NCBI GenBank assembly: GCA_963663475.2
Contig: CAXXJV010000002.1
Location: 64,001 to 128,000 of the forward strand
DNA from: Candidatus Cloacimonadales bacterium
Lineage (GTDB): Bacteria; Cloacimonadota; Cloacimonadia; Cloacimonadales; JAFGVF01
Length of the DNA stretch: 64,000 nucleotides
Reading direction: 5' to 3'
A program made the translations under genes and the position numbers. How positions within the stretch are numbered: the stretch's first letter is position 1; every line of letters begins with the position of its first letter. Shown here one piece after another: positions 56,817 through 64,000 of this stretch. The notes under the pieces were generated by a model that was not told where the DNA came from, ran no database searches, and saw only the letters and a program-made list of their open reading frames with translations.

Positions 56817-58069
56817 AGAAACTACTTCTAATTAGTTATTATTTTCCTCCCTGTGGAGGAGCTGGAGTGCAAAGATGGTTGAGAATTTTAAAGTACTTAC
56901 CAGCAGAAGGTTGGGAAATAAGTGTCTTAACAACTAAAGATGGTGATTACCCTATAATAGATAAGAGTCTAACAGAGAAAATTCCGTCAGAAGTGAAAGT
57001 TATAAGAGTAAAGACACCTATTTTTGGTAATTTATATAAAAAAGTAACTAAAGATAAAGAGGGAATTCCATATGGTAGCCTAATTTCTCATAAAGATGAT
57101 AGTTTTTTGAAAAGACTTCTTTATTGGATAAGAATAAACTTAATAATTCCAGATGCTAGGATTGTTTGGAACAAGTATGCTGTTAAAGAAGCTGAAAAAT
57201 TAATCAAAAAACAAAATTATAATCTAGTGGTAACTACTTCTCCACCCCACTCAAGTCAGTTAATTGGTTTAAAATTAAAAAGAAAATGCAATATTAAATG
57301 GGTAACAGACTTTCGTGATCCTTGGGCTGATATTTTTTATCTAAAACTAGCAAAACAGAATAAAATATCTTATCTAATAAACCGTTACTTAGAAAGGAAA
57401 GTTATAGCTAAGGCTGATTTAAATCTGATAGTCTCTCATCATATTAATCAAGAATTGCCTGCTGGTAATAAAGTAACTTTCACTAACTCTTATGATCCTC
57501 AAGATTTCCCACTTTCTCTAAAGGTTAAATCTGATAAATTCAGAATAAAATATATTGGCAAGGTTACCCAAGGTCAAGATATTAATAGCGTCATCTCTGC
57601 TCTCAATAGATCACCTGAAATTTATGACCAAATTGAATTAACTTTCGTTGGAACTTATCTAGAAAATCCTTTCAATACTAAATTTCCTCTTATTATTAAA
57701 AACTTCTTGCCTCATGACCAAGCAGTTAAGGAAATGATTAATTCTGACCTTTTGATTCTCTTGATTAATGATTATCCTCAAAACAAAGGAATGCTAACTA
57801 CTAAACTTTTCGAATACTTAGGAAGTCAAGTGCCAATAATCTGTATTGGTCCTAGAGATGGTGATGCTAAGGAGATTATCCAAGAGTGTAAGGCTGGAAC
57901 TTGTGTAAATTATCATGATATTCAAGCAGTAAAGCAGACTATCTTAAGCTATTTATCTAAATGGAAGGCTAAGCAAGAACTAGCAATTACTGATAACAAG
58001 AAATATTCCATTATTGAGCAAATTAAAAAACTTGATCAAATCTTAACAAATATCAGCACATTAGATTGA
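56813..58069 (+). CDS. Glycosyltransferase family 4-like
   Basis: 'YYFPPCGGAGVQRW', 'DFRDPW', 'KLFEY'; ATGA overlap with the previous gene. Confidence 0.85.
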   Translation: MKKLLLISYYFPPCGGAGVQRWLRILKYLPAEGWEISVLTTKDGDYPIIDKSLTEKIPSEVKVIRVKTPIFGNLYKKVTKDKEGIPYGSLISHKDDSFLKRLLYWIRINLIIPDARIVWNKYAVKEAEKLIKKQNYNLVVTTSPPHSSQLIGLKLKRKCNIKWVTDFRDPWADIFYLKLAKQNKISYLINRYLERKVIAKADLNLIVSHHINQELPAGNKVTFTNSYDPQDFPLSLKVKSDKFRIKYIGKVTQGQDINSVISALNRSPEIYDQIELTFVGTYLENPFNTKFPLIIKNFLPHDQAVKEMINSDLLILLINDYPQNKGMLTTKLFEYLGSQVPIICIGPRDGDAKEIIQECKAGTCVNYHDIQAVKQTILSYLSKWKAKQELAITDNKKYSIIEQIKKLDQILTNISTLD

Positions 58070-58210
58070 ACATTAAACGTTTCTAACTACTTGTTTTTCA
58101 TATAAATAAAAAAATAGTAAAAAAACTATTGACAGGAATATGCTAATTCATTTTTTTCACTTATAGAAAATTATTATCAAAAAATAAAAGATAGATTAAT
58201 TGGAGGAACA

Positions 58211-58480
58211 ATGCCAAATAGTAAGTCTCCCGAAAAGAGATTAAGACAGGAAGCCAAAAGAGCTGCGAGAAATCATTATGTGAAAAAAACTTTATCTACT
58301 CTTGACAAGAAGATGCATTCAAACATCTCTTTAGAAGAGAAAAAAGAACTTATTAATACTATTTATTCTAAGTTAGATAAAGCTGCTAAGAGTAATGTTA
58401 TTCATAAGAGAACAGCATCTAGAAGAAAAGCTAGAATTGCTGCTTATCTTGCAAAAGAATATAAAATAAACGCAGAATAA
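58211..58480 (+). CDS. rpsT: 30S ribosomal protein S20
   Basis: 'MPNSKSPEKRLRQ...RN...K', 'LDKAAKSNVIHKRTASRRKARI'. Confidence 0.95.
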   Translation: MPNSKSPEKRLRQEAKRAARNHYVKKTLSTLDKKMHSNISLEEKKELINTIYSKLDKAAKSNVIHKRTASRRKARIAAYLAKEYKINAE

Positions 58481-58503
58481 GTTTATTACAAAATTAAGAT
58501 ATT

Positions 58504-58530
58504 GAGGTTGGTAACAACCTCTTTTTTTTT
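58504..58530 (+). terminator. rpsT terminator
   Basis: GAGGTTG/CAACCTC plus T9. Confidence 0.85.
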
Positions 58531-58713
58531 GGGGAAAAATAATTAAGTTTATATAAGACAGTTAACTTATTATTAAACCCTAATTATGCCTATCATAAAG
58601 TTATAGTAGTTTCTTGACTTTTATTAGCTTAATTTTGTCTTTTTTTATTGACAAAATTTTTTAAGATTCTTTAATATACTCTAGTGTTTAATTCACAGGA
58701 TAAGGAGATAATT

Positions 58714-60396
58714 ATGTTTCTTAAAAGAGTTGAAATAGATAGATTTAGAAATTTCCAAAATGCAGAAATAGAATTTACAAAGAATGATTTTTCAAAAGTC
58801 TATTCTATTGCTAGTATAAATGGAGGTGGTAAGAGTACTCTCCTACAATTCATCTTCATAATGTTATCATGTTTTCGTGATAAGAAACTCCATAAGTATA
58901 TCATTAATCTTTTAGAAACAGAAAAATATCCTAGAGATTATCAGAACAGAATTGCTAGATTTGAACTTTCAGCTGATGAGGATATAGAGCTAGAATACAT
59001 GGTTTTACCAGCTGAAAATGAACTTTTCAACTGTAACCTCCTTAGAGATATTGAGATATTAGAGAATGATATGAAACTTCATAAAGAGGCTTTAGAGCAT
59101 TCTGCTAGCTTTATAAAGTTCTACCGTGAGTTAAAAAAGGCTGACAAGGTTACTTCTAAATTACGGGATTTAGCTCTAGTTTTTAATCCTAAAGTCCTTT
59201 TTCCTAAAAGCAAAGACTATGATATTTACCATAAGATTGAGCATTCCGACAGACTGAAAGATTTTGCAGATTTTGCAGACTATATTCAAAGACGTGATAA
59301 TTATATAGTTGAAGACAAGTTAGATGATATGAGAGAACATAAGGCACTTCTGAATGAGAAAATGCAGATGCAGAAAGATCAACTCAAGGCTCAAGGATTT
59401 AATTATATTACAACCTTCTCAGATAATAAACTCCTTCTTTTGCTAAAATCTAATGTGGATAATAGAATTCTCGATAAACTAAGTCGAGTAACATACTTGA
59501 ATGGTCCTGATACCCAAATCTATCTCTTTATGTCAAAAGAAGACAAACAAACACTTCTTAATAATACAACTACTACTCATTATTTTGATTATGATAAGTT
59601 TGGAAATGAAATTTATGTTGCTAATAATTATAATGATAGGATTAGAAAGGTAAAAAAAGACTTAAAGAATTATTATACATATGATTTTGTCTCTAAAAAA
59701 ATGATAATTAAGGCTTGCAAAAAGGCTTTTGAACAAGATAATAAAGAAAAATTAAGAACAAATAAGTTTGGTTCAAATTACGATGCCTTCATCAAAGATT
59801 TAAATACCTTCTTTGATGATAAAAGAATTGTTATTACTGATGAAATGAGTGATGTTAAATTTTATCTAGCATCTGAGAATAAAGAACTTAATCCAGAAGA
59901 CTTAAGTCATGGTGAACTAAAAAGATTAAGTATTTTCATCTGGCTAAAATATTTAATAGACAATGAATCAATTGTTCTCATGGATGAAATAGATATTGCT
60001 TTGCATCCAAAATGGCTTTATCAAATATGTAATGACTTAGATAATTGGGCCTTACATAACCAGATAGTTTTAGCAACTCATTCTCCTCAGATAGTTTCTT
60101 CAACCTACTATAAGAATATTATTAAGCTAGAAAATGAAAACTCGATTGTTAAGGTTAAAAAGTATATTAAACCACCACTTGATCGGGATATTAATGCCAT
60201 AGTAAGAACCATTATGGATGCACCTGATTTCCCTCTGGAATTACTAGAACTTCACAAGAAATACAGGAAATTAATAGAAGAGGGGAAAGCTAACAGCCCA
60301 GAAGCAATCAAGCTTAAGGAAGAAATACTTGAACATGAAAGCGAGAATTCTGCCTTCTTCCAAGATATAGGCTTTGATTTGGAACTTATGGAATGA
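58714..60396 (+). CDS. ABC/AAA-type ATPase, Septu PtuA-like
   Basis: Walker A 'NGGGKST', signature 'LSHGE', Walker B 'VLMDEID', 'LHPKW', 'ATHSPQ'; start after AAGGAG. Confidence 0.8.
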   Translation: MFLKRVEIDRFRNFQNAEIEFTKNDFSKVYSIASINGGGKSTLLQFIFIMLSCFRDKKLHKYIINLLETEKYPRDYQNRIARFELSADEDIELEYMVLPAENELFNCNLLRDIEILENDMKLHKEALEHSASFIKFYRELKKADKVTSKLRDLALVFNPKVLFPKSKDYDIYHKIEHSDRLKDFADFADYIQRRDNYIVEDKLDDMREHKALLNEKMQMQKDQLKAQGFNYITTFSDNKLLLLLKSNVDNRILDKLSRVTYLNGPDTQIYLFMSKEDKQTLLNNTTTTHYFDYDKFGNEIYVANNYNDRIRKVKKDLKNYYTYDFVSKKMIIKACKKAFEQDNKEKLRTNKFGSNYDAFIKDLNTFFDDKRIVITDEMSDVKFYLASENKELNPEDLSHGELKRLSIFIWLKYLIDNESIVLMDEIDIALHPKWLYQICNDLDNWALHNQIVLATHSPQIVSSTYYKNIIKLENENSIVKVKKYIKPPLDRDINAIVRTIMDAPDFPLELLELHKKYRKLIEEGKANSPEAIKLKEEILEHESENSAFFQDIGFDLELME

Positions 60397-61034
60397 AGTA
60401 TGTAAAGAAAACTAAAGCTCCTAGATTCTTTAAAGTTGATACTCAGCATTTAAAAGACTGGGGTAAATATAAATCCAAGAAAAAAAGAGAGCTTAAATTA
60501 CATATACTGCGTAATGAACAGTTTTTCCTTTGTATCTACTGTGAAGGTAAGGTTACCATGAAAAACTCTCATATAGAACATCTTAGACCAAAAGATGTTA
60601 ATAAATACCCTGGTAAGCTTTTTGATTATAAGAATTTAACCGTCTCTTGTAATGGCGATTGCCAAGAATACTGTCTTGACGACCAACCTCATACTTGTGG
60701 TCATGCTAAGGCAAATCAATATGATGAAAAATTATTTCTAAATCCCACTGAACTTGAAGATATAGAAGATTATTTTGTTTATGATAATGAAGATGGTAGA
60801 ATTTTACCTTCAGAGAAAGATCCTCAAAGAGCAATGTATATGATTTATACTGTTCTTAAATTAAACGATCCTCAGTTATGTATGGCTAGAAAAATAGCCT
60901 TAAGGACTCTGCAACAGAAAGTAGCTTCTTATCCTAAAGAAAAAAGAAAAATTGTTCTAGCAGGACTGCTGCGTAAGGAGAGTTTAGCTTTTATTAGCTT
61001 TTTACGTTATCGCTATAAAGCACTTCTTAAGTAA
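60393..61034 (+). CDS. HNH endonuclease, TIGR02646 / PtuB-like
   Basis: 'EQFFLCIYCE', 'HIEHLRPK', 'YKNLTVSC', 'CGHAK'; ATGA overlap with the ATPase. Confidence 0.82.
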   Translation: MKYVKKTKAPRFFKVDTQHLKDWGKYKSKKKRELKLHILRNEQFFLCIYCEGKVTMKNSHIEHLRPKDVNKYPGKLFDYKNLTVSCNGDCQEYCLDDQPHTCGHAKANQYDEKLFLNPTELEDIEDYFVYDNEDGRILPSEKDPQRAMYMIYTVLKLNDPQLCMARKIALRTLQQKVASYPKEKRKIVLAGLLRKESLAFISFLRYRYKALLK

Positions 61035-61281
61035 TCTTACTTCTTGTAGATGATTATTAGACTATGTAATGATTGTTGAGTATATATTAGGTAATTAATA
61101 GGTATTGATTAAAGAGTAAAGTAATAGAGGCCTAATAAAGGACCAATAGACCGTTAAGGAAATATGAAAACTAAAAGTTTTGCTAGAGAAACTAATGATT
61201 CAGCAAATTCAGCTAAAGATAAACTTAATAACTTGCTAATTGACAAATTGAAATCAGAGAATTTAAATAATAGGATTAATC

Positions 61282-61775
61282 ATGAATTTTCAAGACTTAT
61301 TGCATACCCAAGATAAGAAGTTTTACAAAATTTCAGAAATAGAAAAAATAGCTAAGCAAGAAGCCCAAGACCATATCTGTGAGCGAAGTAAGATAAGTAA
61401 ACTAACTCATAAATTAGGAAGTCAGCAAACAGCTATTGATGTCTTTCGGGATTTACAGGATGATCTAGATTTATCTTTGAAGGAAAAAGACTTTCTGAAC
61501 TACCCCTATATCAAGATTTAATCTCTCTCTATCTTAGTTTGAAAGATAATATCAAGGACTTCCACAAGGATTTTAAGATTAGTAAGTTACAAGAAGCTAA
61601 AACTTCTCTAAAGTATCTCCAAGAACATGAAATAGCCCAGCCAGTTGTAAAAAAACTAAAAAAATCACTTCAAGAACTTTATATTTTTGTTATTAGAAAA
61701 GCAGTTGAGGATATTAGAAAAGCCCAATCTGTCCTTCTTCCCGGTATTCTGGAAATTGAGGAAAAGTTTAATTAA
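61282..61775 (+). pseudogene. Frameshifted hypothetical gene (or assembly indel)
   Basis: Adding one T at GACTTT|CTGAAC (about 61493) joins ORFs 61282-61521 and 61539-61775 (…KEKDFSELPLYQDLISLYLSLKDN…). Confidence 0.45.
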
Positions 61776-61853
61776 TAAGTATGGATCTCTTTTAAGTAGA
61801 GTTGCTACTACTATAATATTAAAAAAATACTAGAATTTTTTCTTGAAACTAAT

Positions 61854-62222
61854 GGCGGACGAGGCCGTCCAGACTGTGTAAAAAGAAATAGTCTATCCAC
61901 GGATTACACGAATTTCACGAATTACTTTTTGCTAAAAAGCAAAAAAAAGAGAAGATAGGAGATCCTTAATACAGAGTTCACAGAACTTGCCACAGAGTTA
62001 CACAAAGTTTAGGGAAAAAATAGCTTGCTAAAAGTCTGCCCGTATTTGGGTCGCGGGATTCCAGCCCGCGTTTACGCAGATGACAAGCGGTTACGGGGCC
62101 TATGGAGTGGAAGCGTCTCGCTTCCACAAAACCAAGCTTGAAAAGCTTGGTGCGGCAGGGATGCCCACGTTCCCAGTTAGTGTGGCAAGATGCCTTTATG
62201 GAGTGGAAGCATCCTTGCTTCC
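61854..62222. repeat. Cluster of GC-rich REP-like hairpins and short degenerate tandem repeats
   Basis: GGACG/CGTCC, CGCGGG/CCCGCG, GTGGAAGCG/CGCTTCCAC, GGAAGCA/TGCTTCC; TATGGAGTGGAAGC occurs twice. Confidence 0.7.
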
Positions 62223-62291
62223 TGTCAATGGAAGTTTAAACTGGTACACTTTTGGAAGTCATAACTGGTACACTGTTGTAAACATTTTTTT

Positions 62292-63020
62292 CTACATTTT
62301 TCCTTTCATTCGATAGCTATTTCCATCGATCAGGATAGTTTCAGCATGATGGACTAATCTGTCGACTATTGCTGTAGTGATAACATTATCTCCAAAAGAT
62401 TCTCCCCATTCTTGAAAAAGTCTGTTTGAGGTTATTATGACTGATCTGAATTCATAAAGTTCATTAACAAGCTTAAAGAATAAACTTGCATTAACTGCCT
62501 TAATAGGTAAATATCCTATTTCATCAATAATGATTAAATCATTTTTTACTAATTTAGATATCCACTTTTTAAAATCATTTTCATTATTGGCTATAATCAT
62601 TTCATCGATTAATTCATTCATATTGTAAAATATTACCTTGTATCCTTTCAAAATAGCTTCATATCCCAAGGCAATAGATATATGCGTCTTACCAACCCCT
62701 GGAGGTCCCATTAATATTTTGTTTTCTCTGTTATCGATCCAATTAAACTCCTTCCACTCTGTTATCATTCTTTTAGTTACTGAATGCTGATATTTAAAAT
62801 CGAACTCATCAAAATTCTTTAATATTGGGAAATTTGCCCTTCTTAATTGCAAAGATATCAATGTCTGATTTCTGCTATTGCATTCATTTTCAATAACATA
62901 AGATAAAAAACTAAGATATGATAATTCTTTATCTTGTGCATATTTTAAATATGATTCTAAATTATTAATTGTATGTCTGCATCTAATTCTTAATAAATTT
63001 TTCCTTAAATTTTCTATCAT
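62292..63020 (-). CDS. istB: IS21 helper ATPase IstB
   Basis: 'GPPGVGKTH', 'LIIIDEIGY', 'ITSN', 'AIVDRLVHH', 'GNSYR'. Confidence 0.95.
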   Translation of the reverse strand: MIENLRKNLLRIRCRHTINNLESYLKYAQDKELSYLSFLSYVIENECNSRNQTLISLQLRRANFPILKNFDEFDFKYQHSVTKRMITEWKEFNWIDNRENKILMGPPGVGKTHISIALGYEAILKGYKVIFYNMNELIDEMIIANNENDFKKWISKLVKNDLIIIDEIGYLPIKAVNASLFFKLVNELYEFRSVIITSNRLFQEWGESFGDNVITTAIVDRLVHHAETILIDGNSYRMKGKM

Positions 63021-64000
63021 TTTATTATCCTATCATATATTGATAAATCTCTTTTAATTAAAGATTTTTTAGTGTTTTCTTGATTGTATGAATTAGCCTT
63101 TTTGATGTTTAGCAATTTGTATTTTTTGTTTTCTTCATTAACTATACTTTCAATTTTAGTTGCTCTTATATCTTCTAATTTAAGAACTTTGGAAATTATT
63201 ATTGACCAATTAAGATGTTTATTATTATTAATAAATTTAAGTAATGCTAAAAGTTGCTCTCTTGGATTTTTGCTGTTGTTTGAAATAAGAGAATCTAGCA
63301 AAATGGAGATATTAATCTTATTGGGGAATAATGCCTTAATTTCTTCTTTTAATTTCTCAATTGTTTGAGAATAATCGATATAATGACATTGAGATATAAT
63401 AGGTCTTCTTTTTTCTTGTGATAATCTGTGAGAAGCAACTTTTTTTCTACTCTTAGTATCTAATATTTCCAAAGAAGTTCCATTCTCTCTTACATATACA
63501 CTCTTTTGCTGATAGAGATAAGGTACAGAATATTTATTTCTTTTCCAGGATATTAATCCTGTTTTATCTACTTTTCTAAGTTCTTCGATATATAAATTAT
63601 AGGATCTAAGGATCTTCTCTTCTTCTTTAAACATATTGCGTGGAGTTTCATTTAAGGAACTGTGAATTCGATTATTAACCTCTTCAAACCAATCTTTTGC
63701 TCTAACTCTTACTTCTGACAAACCACTAAAAACTTCACCATAAAGAAAATCTTCTTTTACTTCTCTAACTGCTCTTTCAACTAATCCCTTACTCTCAGGA
63801 TCATAACCCTCACAAGAATATGGATTTATTGATAGATTGTTCATAAATTGGAAAAACTTACTATTATAAGTAACCTCTCTATATATTTCTTTGATTACTA
63901 CTAGTTTTGTTTGATCATAAATCATTGTCTCTGGTATATATCCGTAATATTCAAAACATTCTTTATGAGCACTAATAAAATCATCTGTATTATATGGCTT
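63017..64000 (-). CDS. istA: IS21 transposase IstA (5' part outside window)
   Basis: Frame stays open to the window edge (KPYNTDDFISAHKECFEYYGYIPETMIYDQ); 'PESKGLVE', 'NNRIHSS', 'NKYSVP'. Confidence 0.92.
   Translation of the reverse strand, partial: KPYNTDDFISAHKECFEYYGYIPETMIYDQTKLVVIKEIYREVTYNSKFFQFMNNLSINPYSCEGYDPESKGLVERAVREVKEDFLYGEVFSGLSEVRVRAKDWFEEVNNRIHSSLNETPRNMFKEEEKILRSYNLYIEELRKVDKTGLISWKRNKYSVPYLYQQKSVYVRENGTSLEILDTKSRKKVASHRLSQEKRRPIISQCHYIDYSQTIEKLKEEIKALFPNKINISILLDSLISNNSKNPREQLLALLKFINNNKHLNWSIIISKVLKLEDIRATKIESIVNEENKKYKLLNIKKANSYNQENTKKSLIKRDLSIYDRIIK

Larger units (their letters stand above)
62223..64000 (-). mobile_element. IS21-family insertion sequence (other end outside window)
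   Basis: TGT terminus at 62223 with two 22-bp subterminal repeats TGGAAGT...AACTGGTACACT (62229-62250, 62253-62274); istA-istB pair. Confidence 0.92.

Noticed and set aside
58714-61034. Retron system
   Set aside because: No reverse transcriptase ORF or recognisable msr-msd in the window
62080-62316. 78-aa ORF with an internal repeat (YGVEAS twice)
   Set aside because: It is a translation of REP-like hairpins and the IS21 end
1084-63368. Short 60-95 aa track ORFs nested in or antisense to long genes (e.g. 1084, 3795, 14120, 23634, 37061, 46136, 52968, 63084)
   Set aside because: Shadow ORFs of well-supported CDSs with no recognisable motifs

Overview
AT-rich bacterial chromosome segment. 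Several secreted proteins end in 'YPNPFNP' FlgD/T9SS-A-like C-terminal domains, and there are hydG, a 2[4Fe-4S] ferredoxin and LPS genes. Together these suggest an anaerobic FCB-group diderm, probably Cloacimonadota (inference). Contents: an ECF sigma/anti-sigma/PDZ operon; a porin-secreted protein-FMN-binding operon behind a doubled palindromic operator; TM1266-hydG; two identical tRNA-Phe; mscS; an M6 protease; housekeeping genes; a C5-epimerase lipoprotein divergent from a Wzx/Wzy polysaccharide locus; a long minus-strand cluster (PqqD/RRE, ATP-grasp, LysA-like PLP enzyme, urea-channel/M23 fusion, TPR, beta-barrel, secreted proteins); mltD-like; tpx; a Dna2-like helicase-nuclease; glycosyltransferases; rpsT; a Septu-like ATPase+HNH pair; REP-like hairpins and an IS21 element cut by the window end. 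Best candidate novelty: ORFs 38516-39184 and 37064-38467 are one frame interrupted only by a TGA followed by a SECIS-like hairpin, i.e. a candidate secreted beta-helix selenoprotein. A MITE family (four 161-bp copies plus derivatives down to 22 bp, many with 5-bp TSDs) fills the intergenic space. All family calls come from motif reading, not database searches.
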